Positions 20,252 to 29,162 of a stretch of 64,000 nt of DNA are shown one piece after another (the first letter of the stretch is position 1; every line of letters starts with the position of its first letter). A model generated the notes under the pieces. It saw only the letters and a list, made by a program, of their open reading frames with translations, made no database searches and had not been told where the DNA came from. Both the position numbers and the translations under genes were made by a program. This stretch comes from Myxococcota bacterium. GTDB taxonomy: Bacteria > Myxococcota_A > UBA796 > GCA-2862545. The stretch spans positions 1-64,000 of the forward strand of contig JBCCQY010000008.1 in the NCBI GenBank assembly GCA_039208735.1, written 5' to 3'.

Positions 20252-22066
20252 TCAGTGTGCGTTACTCGGGCCAGTTGCGCCCGTGGGTAGCCGGATATCG
20301 TCGACCATGGATTGAACATGGGGCGGCGGAGGTGCGGTGAGAAGCGAAACGCCGATCGAGACCGCAAGGTTGATAAGCATGCCGACCGTACCGATGCCTT
20401 CGGGAGAAATCCCAAGCCAATAGTCGTCGGGGCTGCCGCCGAGGAACTTGAAGTAGACGATGTAGGCAATGGTGAACAGCAGACCGACCACCATCCCGGA
20501 AACCGCACCCTCACGATTGGCGCGTTTCCAGAAAATGCCAAGCAGAATGGCAGGGAAGAAGCTCGATGCCGCAAGCCCAAACGCGAATGCGACCACCTGG
20601 GCCACGAAGCCTGGAGGGTTGATGCCGAAGTAGCCCGCCACGCAAACCGCCGCGGCAGCCGCGATACGCGCCGCCAGCAGCTCCTGACGCTCCGAAATGT
20701 CCTTCCACAACGTTCGCTTCAGCAGATCATGACTGATTGACGTCGACACCACGAGCAGCAGTCCCGCAGCGGTCGACAGGGCCGCCGCGAGCCCTCCTGC
20801 CGCGACCAATGCGATGATCCAATTGGGAAGTTGGGCGACTTCGGGATTGGCCAGCACCATGATGTCGCGGTCGATGTACAGTTCGTTACCGTTCTTCGTG
20901 AGCGCGTTGTTGACGAGCCGCTCCCCAGACGCACCGCGGTCTTCGGCAAAGTCTGGCTTGCCCACAAACGCATTGCCAGACCGATACTGGATCCGACCAT
21001 CTGCATTCTTGTCGACCCAGGCCAATAGTCCGGTATTCTCCCAATTTCGAAACCAGTCAGGAACCACCGCCTCTGCATCGTCGACCTGTTCGCTATAGCG
21101 GGCCTCGCTTACCGTATGGATCAGGTTGGTCCTTGCAAACGCACCCACAGCCGGCGCGGTCGTGTAGAGGATGGCGATGAAGAACAACGCCCAGGCCGCT
21201 GAGGTCCGCGCATCCTTGACTTTGGGCACTGTGTAAAATCGCACGATGACGTGTGGCAACCCTGCGGTCCCCAACATCAAAGCCGCCGTGATCATGAAGA
21301 CATCGATCATCGGTTTTTGCCCTTCGGTATATGGGGCAAACCCAAGCTCGGCATGAAGCTGATTCAATTTATCGAGAAGGGAGATGGTCTCGTTGCCTGC
21401 GATCTCGTGGCCGATGCTGCCCGATAGCGCACCTCCTAGACCGATCTGTGGGATGACGTTGCCCGTCAGCAACAGACTGATCGCAATCGCGGGAACGAGG
21501 TAGGCGAAGATCAGAATCACATACTGAGCAACCTGCGTGTAGGTAATTCCACGCATTCCACCGAGAACCGCGTAGCTGAAGACAATGGCCATGCCAATGA
21601 GCACGCCGGTATTGACGTCGACTTCAAGGAATCGAGAGAAGACGACGCCGACGCCCCTCATTTGGCCAGCTACATAGGTGAATGAGACGAAAATGGCACA
21701 GATGACGGCGACGATGCGGGCCGTGTCGCTGTAGAATCGGTCGCCCACGAAGTCAGGAACGGTGAATTGTCCAAACTTTCGAAGGTAGGGCGCGATGAGC
21801 AATGCAAGAAGCACATACCCTCCCGTCCAACCCATCAGGTAGATGCCACCATCCATTCCTACGAAACTGATGATGCCGGCCATCGAGATGAATGAGGCGG
21901 CGCTCATCCAGTCCGCCGCCGTCGCCATACCGTTCGCGACCGGAGGCACGCCCCCACCCGCGACGTAGAACTCAGTGGTGTTGGCGGCTCGTGACCACAG
22001 GGCAATCCCCAGGTAAAGGGCAAACGTTACCCCAACGATAATAAACGTCAGTGTCTGTAGATCCAT
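20252..22066 (-). CDS. actP: Cation/acetate symporter, sodium:solute symporter family
   Basis: ATAADWMSAASFISMAG, APYLRKFGQFTVPDF, GTAGLPHVIVRFYTVP, AGGLAAALSTAAGLLL; GGAG RBS. Confidence 0.9.
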   Translation of the reverse strand: MDLQTLTFIIVGVTFALYLGIALWSRAANTTEFYVAGGGVPPVANGMATAADWMSAASFISMAGIISFVGMDGGIYLMGWTGGYVLLALLIAPYLRKFGQFTVPDFVGDRFYSDTARIVAVICAIFVSFTYVAGQMRGVGVVFSRFLEVDVNTGVLIGMAIVFSYAVLGGMRGITYTQVAQYVILIFAYLVPAIAISLLLTGNVIPQIGLGGALSGSIGHEIAGNETISLLDKLNQLHAELGFAPYTEGQKPMIDVFMITAALMLGTAGLPHVIVRFYTVPKVKDARTSAAWALFFIAILYTTAPAVGAFARTNLIHTVSEARYSEQVDDAEAVVPDWFRNWENTGLLAWVDKNADGRIQYRSGNAFVGKPDFAEDRGASGERLVNNALTKNGNELYIDRDIMVLANPEVAQLPNWIIALVAAGGLAAALSTAAGLLLVVSTSISHDLLKRTLWKDISERQELLAARIAAAAAVCVAGYFGINPPGFVAQVVAFAFGLAASSFFPAILLGIFWKRANREGAVSGMVVGLLFTIAYIVYFKFLGGSPDDYWLGISPEGIGTVGMLINLAVSIGVSLLTAPPPPHVQSMVDDIRLPTGATGPSNAH

Positions 22067-22143
22067 GGATGCACTCCAAGCGGACACCGCGACAGAGCAT
22101 CGCGGGCCGCGCGCCGGTTGGCGCGAGGGTCAGGGTGTCAGAG

Positions 22144-22290
22144 GCTGATCAGCTTTCGTCGCTTCGCTCCTGCAAGCTGATCAGCAGCAAGCAAAGCTTG
22201 CGCGAGTCTGATTACCGCTGGCCTTCGGCGCTACGCGCCTGCAGGCTCACGCGGTCAGCTTTCGTCGCTTCGCTCCTGCAAGCTGATCAG
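22144..22290. repeat. Three tandem REP-like hairpin repeats
   Basis: TCAGCTTTCGTCGCTTCGCTCCTGCAAGCTGATCAG identical at 22149-22184 and 22255-22290, with a degenerate copy between (GCCTTCGGCGCTACGCGCCTGCAGGC); each forms a stem-loop. Confidence 0.8.
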
Positions 22291-22556
22291 TCTAGGTGAG
22301 CATCGTGTTCAATGCGGTCCATCAACACGACATAGACCACCACCAGAATCACGAACACAAGAATGGCACCCTGCTGGGCAAACCAAAACCCGAGCGGATA
22401 GCTGGTCAGGGGAAGTCGAAATTGATTCAGCCAAGGTGCAAACAGGATTCCGCAGCCGAATCCAACCAGGGCCCAGATCGAAAGTAGAATACCGACCAGG
22501 CGAACATTTGCTGCCCAGTAGCGTTTTGCGACGTCAGCGGACGGTTTCATTGACAT
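22287..22556 (-). CDS. DUF4212 small membrane subunit of solute:sodium symporter
   Basis: YWAANVRL, PLGFWFAQQGAILVFV; standard position before actP. Confidence 0.9.
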   Translation of the reverse strand: MSMKPSADVAKRYWAANVRLVGILLSIWALVGFGCGILFAPWLNQFRLPLTSYPLGFWFAQQGAILVFVILVVVYVVLMDRIEHDAHLD

Positions 22557-22574
22557 GACGAAATCCCTATCGGT

Positions 22575-24512
22575 TCAGTTGGAAAGGCGGCTCGCGATGG
22601 CATCGACGACGTTCGGATCCGAGAGCGTGGACAAGTCACCGAGCTGGTCACGCTCGCCGGCGACGAGCTTGCGCAGGACGCGTCGCATCAGCTTGCCCGA
22701 ACGCGTCTTTGGCAGCCCTGGCACGACAATGATCCGATCGGGTGTGGCAATCGGCCCGATGACGTGGCGGACTTGCTCCTTGAGCCCCCCGATGAGTTCA
22801 GCCTCGCTTGCCGCCTCATCCCCCGTGACGAGACAGACGTAGGCCGCGATCCCTTGGCCTTTGATCTCGTGCGGCATGGGGACTACGGCGGCTTCCGCCA
22901 CCCGCTCATGCGCCACAAGCGCGCTCTCGATTTCTGCCGTGCCTAGTCGGTGGCCACTGACGTTAATCACATCGTCGACCCGCCCGGTGATCCAATAGTA
23001 CCCTTCCTCATCACGCCGACATCCATCGCCCGTGAAGTAGAACCCGGGAAAGGGGCGAAAGTACGTGTTGAGAAACCGTTGATGATCGCCGAAAATCGTA
23101 CGTGCCTGGCCTGGCCACGTCCCCTGAAGGGCGAGCAAGCCTTCGGCGGCACGCGCCTCGATGACTTGACCCTCGGCGTTCAACAATACGGGCGAAACCC
23201 CGAACATGGGGAGCGTAGCACTGCCTGGCTTAAGCGGCGTAGCGCCCGGAAGCGGCGTGATCATGGTGCCTCCGGTCTCGGTCTGCCACCAGGTGTCCAC
23301 AATCGGGCATCGCGACTCTCCCACCACCGTGTGGTACCAGCGCCAGACCTCGGGATTGATGGGCTCACCTACCGACCCCAGAATCCGAAGGCTCTGGCGC
23401 GACGTGGCTTTGACGGGCGCGTCCCCTTCGCGCATGAGCGCCCGCAGCGCGGTGGGTGAGGTGTACAGAATCGTGGCCTGAAGGTCGTCGACCACGCGCC
23501 AGTAGCGAGACGCATCGGGCCACGTCGGAATACTCTCAAAGAGGACCGAGGTGATGCCGTTACATAGGGGGCCGTACACGATGTAGCTATGGCCGGTGAT
23601 CCACCCGATGTCGGCCGCACAAAAGTGCACGTCTTGATCCCGAATATCGAACACGTAGCGGTGCGTGAACGCCGCCCACAACAGATACCCGGCCGTCGTA
23701 TGCACCAGACCTTTGGGCTTGCCGGTGCTCCCAGACGTATAGAGCAGGAAAAGCGGGTCTTCCGAGCCCATCCATTCGATGGGGCACGCCGTTCGGTGCC
23801 GCGCCATGCCCTCGTGAAGCCATTGGTCGCGACCCGGCATCATCGGCACCGAAGCTCCGGTGCGCTGCGCGACAAGTACATGTTGGACGATGCTCAGTCC
23901 GTTCACCGCATCGTCCGCGATGGATTTGAGGGGAATTCGCTTGGCTCCCCGAAGGCCCTCGTCCGCGGTAATGAGGACCTTCGCTCCCGCATCGACGATT
24001 CGATCGCGGAGCGCTTCAGCAGAGAATCCGGCAAAAACTACGGAATGAATAGCCCCTATCCGGGCACACGCCAACATGGCCACCGGCAGCTCGGGCGTCA
24101 TCGGCAAATACAGGCAGACGCGGTCGCCTTTCTTGACTCCCAGCTCACGGAGCAAATTCGCACACCGACCGACCCGTTGCTTGAGGTCGGCGAAGGTGAT
24201 GGTTTCGTACTCCCCCGGCGCATTCTTGGCCCAGATGAAGGCTGCATGGTCGGGTTTCGTCGCGGCATGCCGGTCCACACAGTTCATGGAAACATTAAGT
24301 CGACCGCCCGAGAACCATGCCACCTCACCCTCGTGGTTGGTCTCCATGATGCGATGCGGTTCGTGCAGCCACTCCAGAAGGTTCTTCTGGTTGTCCCAGA
24401 ACGCAACCGGATCTTCGATCGAACGGTCGTGGAGCAGCCGATACTCATCGAGTCCTCGAACCCGGGCCCTCGCCGCGATGGCTTCCGTTGGATGGACGAC
24501 TGAGTCGGACAT
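22575..24512 (-). CDS. acs: Acetate--CoA ligase (acetyl-CoA synthetase)
   Basis: YTSGSTGKPKG, DTWWQTETG, GRVDDVINVSGHRLGTAEIE, LPKTRSGKLMRR; GGAGG RBS. Confidence 0.97.
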   Translation of the reverse strand: MSDSVVHPTEAIAARARVRGLDEYRLLHDRSIEDPVAFWDNQKNLLEWLHEPHRIMETNHEGEVAWFSGGRLNVSMNCVDRHAATKPDHAAFIWAKNAPGEYETITFADLKQRVGRCANLLRELGVKKGDRVCLYLPMTPELPVAMLACARIGAIHSVVFAGFSAEALRDRIVDAGAKVLITADEGLRGAKRIPLKSIADDAVNGLSIVQHVLVAQRTGASVPMMPGRDQWLHEGMARHRTACPIEWMGSEDPLFLLYTSGSTGKPKGLVHTTAGYLLWAAFTHRYVFDIRDQDVHFCAADIGWITGHSYIVYGPLCNGITSVLFESIPTWPDASRYWRVVDDLQATILYTSPTALRALMREGDAPVKATSRQSLRILGSVGEPINPEVWRWYHTVVGESRCPIVDTWWQTETGGTMITPLPGATPLKPGSATLPMFGVSPVLLNAEGQVIEARAAEGLLALQGTWPGQARTIFGDHQRFLNTYFRPFPGFYFTGDGCRRDEEGYYWITGRVDDVINVSGHRLGTAEIESALVAHERVAEAAVVPMPHEIKGQGIAAYVCLVTGDEAASEAELIGGLKEQVRHVIGPIATPDRIIVVPGLPKTRSGKLMRRVLRKLVAGERDQLGDLSTLSDPNVVDAIASRLSN

Positions 24513-24558
24513 CGGACCTCCTTCCTTCGTGGATGCGTCGAAGGTGGAAGGCCCTTTC

Positions 24559-24573
24559 GCAACGACCGTGCCA
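24559..24573 (-). promoter_or_regulatory. Sigma-54 (-24/-12) promoter of the acs operon
   Basis: Minus strand reads TGGCAC-GGTCG-TTGC, an exact TGGCAC-N5-TTGC consensus, 46 bp upstream of the acs ATG. Confidence 0.85.
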
Positions 24574-24663
24574 AGTCCTGTTGGTTTGTTGAAAGGCTTG
24601 GTTGGTTTACGGACTATCGCTACAAAGGGGTTCGGAAGCCGTGCCCCGGAAGCGAGGCCTCGT

Positions 24664-24706
24664 GTTCCGAAACGAAACGCATCGCGTTACGAAACGACCC
24701 GTCACA
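24664..24706. promoter_or_regulatory. Candidate enhancer (UAS) for the CbrB-like activator
   Basis: Direct repeats GTTCCGAAACGA and GTTACGAAACGA 22 bp apart, plus GTTAC-N10-GTCAC, 90-130 bp upstream of the -24 element. Confidence 0.45.
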
Positions 24707-24716
24707 TCGAGCATCC

Positions 24717-26030
24717 TTAGCCACGAGGAATGCCGTACTTCTTTCTTCGTTCCCATAGCGTCTTCCGGCTGATTCCCAACTTCCGGGCGATTTCAGTTTC
24801 GGAAAGCCGGTGTTGATGCTCCCTCACGAAGCGGCGAAAGTAGCCGACGAGCGAGGTATCCTCGGGCGCGGTGAGATCGACGGCCTCAGGAAGGCCCAGA
24901 TGCTCCACATCGATAGGCCCCCCTTCGTGCAAGATCAGCGCCCGTTCAAGGGCGTTTTCCAGCTCTCGCACATTGCCAGGCCACGCGTAGGTCTCGATGG
25001 CCTCGATCGCTTCATTCGACAGCTCGACGAGAGGCTTTCCCATTCGCTTGCAAGCATTGGCGAGCAACGTAAGGGTGAGATTCGCGCGGTCCTCCCCACG
25101 ATCACGTAAGGGGGGCAACGAAAGCTCCATGACCGACAATCGGTGGTACAGGTCGCGCCGAAAACTGCCTTCCTCCACCATCTCGAGCAAGTCTCGATTC
25201 GTGGCTCCGACGATTCTTACGTCCACCGGAACCGGTCGACTGGCACCCACCGGACGAACCGCGCGGTCTTGCAAGGCTCGGAGGAGCCGCGCTTGCGACG
25301 AGGGAGACGTCTCTCCAATTTCATCGAGGAAGATCGTGCCGTTCTGCGCCGCTCGGAACAGTCCTTTCTTCGACTGATTCGCCCCCGTAAAGGCTCCTCG
25401 CTCGTGACCAAACAGCTCCGACTCGAACAACGACTCGGGAATCGCCGCACAATTCACAGGCACGAAGGGCCCATTCTGGCGTGCACTTCCATCGTGGATG
25501 GCCCGCGCCACCAGTTCTTTGCCGGTACCGCTTTCACCCAACACAAGGACCGTGGCATCGGTGGGCGCCACCTTGGTCAGCCGCCGCAGGACCTTTTGCA
25601 TGGCATCGCACTGGCCAACGATGCCCTGCGTGTTCCAATGCCGCGACACCTCACGACGTAGCGCCTCGGCGCTCCGTTTCTCCTGCTCACTGGACAACGC
25701 TCGGTGCAGGACCAAGAGGAGTTCATCGGGATCAAATGGCTTGGTCAGGTAGTCCACCGCACCTCGCTTGATGGCCTGAACCGCGGATCGGATGGAGCCG
25801 AAGGCGGTAATCACGATGATGGGCACGCCCTCCACTTCATCGAGCAGGGCGTCTCCGCTTGGCCCAGGCAGTCGAAGGTCGGTGACAATCACATCAAACG
25901 TCTCGGGACCTGCCTCCCTCGCCGAAGGGACGTCGCCAACGAGCGAGACATCGTGTCCTTCGTGCGTGAGGACCCGTCCGATTTCTTGCCGGATGATCGG
26001 CTCATCTTCCACCACGAGGACGCGGCTCAC
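24717..26030 (-). CDS. cbrB: Sigma54-dependent response regulator, CbrB-like
   Basis: Receiver LVVEDE/DLRLPG/KPF; GESGTGKE, GAFTGA, WPGNVRELEN; CbrB-like tail SL..YF.RFV.EHQ..SETE.A.KLGISRK.LWERR; GTGA overlap with the kinase. Confidence 0.8.
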   Translation of the reverse strand: MSRVLVVEDEPIIRQEIGRVLTHEGHDVSLVGDVPSAREAGPETFDVIVTDLRLPGPSGDALLDEVEGVPIIVITAFGSIRSAVQAIKRGAVDYLTKPFDPDELLLVLHRALSSEQEKRSAEALRREVSRHWNTQGIVGQCDAMQKVLRRLTKVAPTDATVLVLGESGTGKELVARAIHDGSARQNGPFVPVNCAAIPESLFESELFGHERGAFTGANQSKKGLFRAAQNGTIFLDEIGETSPSSQARLLRALQDRAVRPVGASRPVPVDVRIVGATNRDLLEMVEEGSFRRDLYHRLSVMELSLPPLRDRGEDRANLTLTLLANACKRMGKPLVELSNEAIEAIETYAWPGNVRELENALERALILHEGGPIDVEHLGLPEAVDLTAPEDTSLVGYFRRFVREHQHRLSETEIARKLGISRKTLWERRKKYGIPRG

Positions 26031-28774
26031 CCCTCGCTCCCAACTTCGACCTGGGGCAGCGTGAGCGCAAAGCAAGTCCGACCGGCCACGCGTTTCGTCG
26101 TGAGGGTGCCGTCGTGAGACAGCACGATGCGCCAACACACGGCCAATCCAAGCCCCGTTCCTTCGCTGACCGGTTTCGTCGTCACGAAAGGTTCGAACAG
26201 CGTTTCGGCGACCGACTCGTCGATTCCTGAGCCCTCATCGAGGACCTCAATCACAACGTCATCCACCTGGGTGCGCGCTCGAATCTCAATGGGGCGGCCT
26301 TTCGGCGAGGCTTGGGCAGCATTCGTCAAGAGGTTGACCAGGACCTGGGTAAGCGAGCCTAACGTCCCCCACACCGTAGCGTCGTGGATGTCGACTTCGA
26401 CCGCGTGCTCGCGCAACTGGGGAACGAACTTTGCTAGCAGCAGTGCCTCGTCGACGATCGAGCGGACTGTGACGGGACCCCGAGGGCGCTGGGACGAACG
26501 ACTGTGCTCCAGCAGCGTACGAACGATCGCCTCGATGCGATGCCCTTCATGGATCAGGGCGTTGAGCCGTTCTGCATGGTCGTCCTCCGCCACCTCGCGA
26601 CGCAAGTTGCCGGCCAGCATGAGGATGCCCATGAGAGGGTTTCGAATCTCGTGGGCGACGCCAGCCGCCATTCGTCCCACACTTGCGAGCCGAACCCGGT
26701 GGTCCACTTCCACTTGGAGCGCCCGCTGCTCCGTGATGTCCGTCAAGAGCACGATGCGCGTGCCGTGTGACAATGTTCGCGTACGAACGACGAGCGTGCG
26801 CTGGCCGACCGGAAGCCGGACCACATGCTCCCCCGCATCGGTCAACAGGGCCGGCAACGGATGGGGAAGCTGATCGAGCCGGGCGCCCACGACCTCTTCA
26901 GGCCCAAACCCCGTGATCGCTTGCGCGGTGGGATTCCAAAGCCGCACCTCGCCACCGCGACTGGTGACCACCACACCATCAGGGAGGTCCCGAAGAAGCC
27001 CCCGAAGCCAGTCCCGAACTTGGTCCTGCTCCTCTCCATACTCTTCGATCACGCGAAGTTGAAGATCGATCAGGACGTCGTCACCGTCATTGGGCGCCTG
27101 AGTGGCCGCGCGGGCGAGCAAGGGCCCCACAAGACCCGAAAGCTGTCGCTCCACGACTTGTACGACGCTCCGAAGCCGGTCGGGTCGGGTTTCCATGGGG
27201 GCGACACCCGCGGTACGTCGCGCCCGATCGACCTCGGACTTCGCCAACTCGGGCCCGAGTTGACGGGCCACGCGTTCTTCGAGGGCCCTTAGGCTCACCG
27301 GAGGTGGACCAAGCCCCCATCGACGCCGGGCAGTGACGAACGCTCGCTGTTCATCAGGCCTCGGCGTAGTGATCAGCGAAACCCCCATCAAGACAAGCAC
27401 GTTGACGAGGAGACACTCAATGAGGCCGTCAGTGGCCTGACCGGGCGGCAGCCCATTGAGGAGGGGCCATCCCATTAGTGCGGCCACCCCGGCAAGACCG
27501 ACGGCGAGCCCCGCGAGGAATCCTGCCGATGTCGCTCGCCGCCAGAACAACGTGCACAATACGCCTGGAGCAAACTGTGCCACCACCGCAAACGAGACCA
27601 ACCCGAGGTCAACAAGTCGCACCACCTGGGACAAGAAGGCGTCCGCCACGAGCCCGAGCACCACCAAGGTCACCATGACCACCTGCCGGGTTCGTCGCAC
27701 CGAGGTGCGCGACACCGCACCGGGCACCCGGAGGGGCAAGGCCAGGTGCGTGACGACCATGCCCGACAAGGCCAAGGTCGTGACGAGCACCATGGCCGAG
27801 GATCCTGATACGCCGCCCAAAAAGCCAACCATTCGCAGTGCTGGGTCCTCGGTCCAGGTCAGGACAAACAGATCGGGGGTTCCCCCTACATTCGCGGCAC
27901 GACCCGCCTCGAGGAGCACCGGAACGGGAAGCAAGAACCCGAGGAGAAGAACGGGCAGCAACCAGATGACGTGCCGCCAAGCCGCCCGGGGCGCTTGGGT
28001 CGCAAAGGCGACGTGGAACTGCCGCGGAAGGAGAAACGCGCCGAAGAAGGAGAGCACGACCAAATTGGCAAACAGAGGCTCCTCGATCGGATCCAGGAGC
28101 GCTCGGGCCGCCTCAGGATGCGCTTCGAAGTGGGCACCAAATCCACTGAATCCCCCGAATGCTCCATATAGGGCGGCCAACCCAACGACCCCTGTCGTCA
28201 CGACCTTCACACCGCTCTCGACCACCAGCGTGGTGAGCAGTCCTGGACGACGCGCCCAAGGTTCGGCGTAGCGCACCCCAAGCAGGGCGGCGAACAGCCC
28301 AAGCACTGCTGCGTAGAGGGGTCCGGCCGAGGTGTCTTTGCCATGCAGCACGACTGCCGCCGCTTCGAGCGCCCGCATTTGAAGGGAAAGGTAGGGCAAC
28401 AAGCCTGTGAGCAAGACGAGCGTCACCACAGGACCGATCCACGGCGACGTAAACCGAAAGGCCAACAGGTCAGCAAGGGACGTGAGCCGTTGGGTGCGCA
28501 CGACCTCAGCAAGCGGCCACCACAGGAGGGGCACCGCGATGCACGACAGCACAACGCCAAGGTAGAACCCCAAAATGGCGTAGCCGTGCTCATCGGCGTA
28601 GCCAACTCCACCGAACAGCGTAAAGGACGTGGCGTAGACCCCCAGCGCAAGCCCCAACGACAGCGGATGCTCCCCCAGACGGGCGACCACACCACCCCGA
28701 TCGGCCCACGCCGAGATTCCGATCAGCGCCACCAGGTAGAGCACAACGAGAGTGATGCCCGACAGCACGCTCAC
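26027..28774 (-). CDS. cbrA: SLC5 transporter-fused sensor histidine kinase, CbrA-like (SLC5-STAC-PAS-HisKA-HATPase)
   Basis: About 13 TM helices with LALGVYAT, SLADLLAFRF, LPYLSLQ, LLPRQFH; LSGLVGP (STAC-like); AGVAHEIRNP, QVLVNLLTNA, DEGSG, FEPFVTTK, GTGLGL. Confidence 0.82.
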   Translation of the reverse strand: MSVLSGITLVVLYLVALIGISAWADRGGVVARLGEHPLSLGLALGVYATSFTLFGGVGYADEHGYAILGFYLGVVLSCIAVPLLWWPLAEVVRTQRLTSLADLLAFRFTSPWIGPVVTLVLLTGLLPYLSLQMRALEAAAVVLHGKDTSAGPLYAAVLGLFAALLGVRYAEPWARRPGLLTTLVVESGVKVVTTGVVGLAALYGAFGGFSGFGAHFEAHPEAARALLDPIEEPLFANLVVLSFFGAFLLPRQFHVAFATQAPRAAWRHVIWLLPVLLLGFLLPVPVLLEAGRAANVGGTPDLFVLTWTEDPALRMVGFLGGVSGSSAMVLVTTLALSGMVVTHLALPLRVPGAVSRTSVRRTRQVVMVTLVVLGLVADAFLSQVVRLVDLGLVSFAVVAQFAPGVLCTLFWRRATSAGFLAGLAVGLAGVAALMGWPLLNGLPPGQATDGLIECLLVNVLVLMGVSLITTPRPDEQRAFVTARRRWGLGPPPVSLRALEERVARQLGPELAKSEVDRARRTAGVAPMETRPDRLRSVVQVVERQLSGLVGPLLARAATQAPNDGDDVLIDLQLRVIEEYGEEQDQVRDWLRGLLRDLPDGVVVTSRGGEVRLWNPTAQAITGFGPEEVVGARLDQLPHPLPALLTDAGEHVVRLPVGQRTLVVRTRTLSHGTRIVLLTDITEQRALQVEVDHRVRLASVGRMAAGVAHEIRNPLMGILMLAGNLRREVAEDDHAERLNALIHEGHRIEAIVRTLLEHSRSSQRPRGPVTVRSIVDEALLLAKFVPQLREHAVEVDIHDATVWGTLGSLTQVLVNLLTNAAQASPKGRPIEIRARTQVDDVVIEVLDEGSGIDESVAETLFEPFVTTKPVSEGTGLGLAVCWRIVLSHDGTLTTKRVAGRTCFALTLPQVEVGSEG

Positions 28775-28968
28775 TTGGCCTCCTCCTCGGCAGACCACAA
28801 CCACGCCACGGCCACGGCGAAGAAGATCAGCCCGATCCATAGCCAATAGGGCCCCAGCACCCCCAAAGCGTCTGAAGCCCAAAGCACCCGCGCTCGGCCG
28901 AGAACCAGGAACCCGGCCACCGTGCTCAGGACAACGATCAGCCAACGTTTATCGTTGTTCGCCACCAT
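28771..28968 (-). CDS. CbrX-like small membrane peptide coupled to cbrA
   Basis: 65-aa two-TM peptide with PYWLWIGLI (cf. Pseudomonas CbrX PYLLWLILI, recalled from memory); its TGA overlaps the cbrA GTG. Confidence 0.65.
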   Translation of the reverse strand: MVANNDKRWLIVVLSTVAGFLVLGRARVLWASDALGVLGPYWLWIGLIFFAVAVAWLWSAEEEAK

Positions 28969-29162
28969 AACGGCGAGTCTACCAGCGACCTGAAGAACCT
29001 CCGAACGTCGTGACAAGACACCTGCGGCATCCCACGAATGACCATGCACTCCACGGCTGTACTACCGAACACCGATATCTGTATGTGTTGGATCGGGCCG
29101 TTCCATTCGACGTAGTAGAGTCCTTCCGCAACCTGTGCGCGTCGATCACTGCGCTTAAGGGT

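Noticed and set aside
22144..22290. CRISPR array from the 36-bp repeats
   Set aside because: Only two identical copies, the intervening sequence is itself a degenerate repeat, and there are no cas genes nearby.
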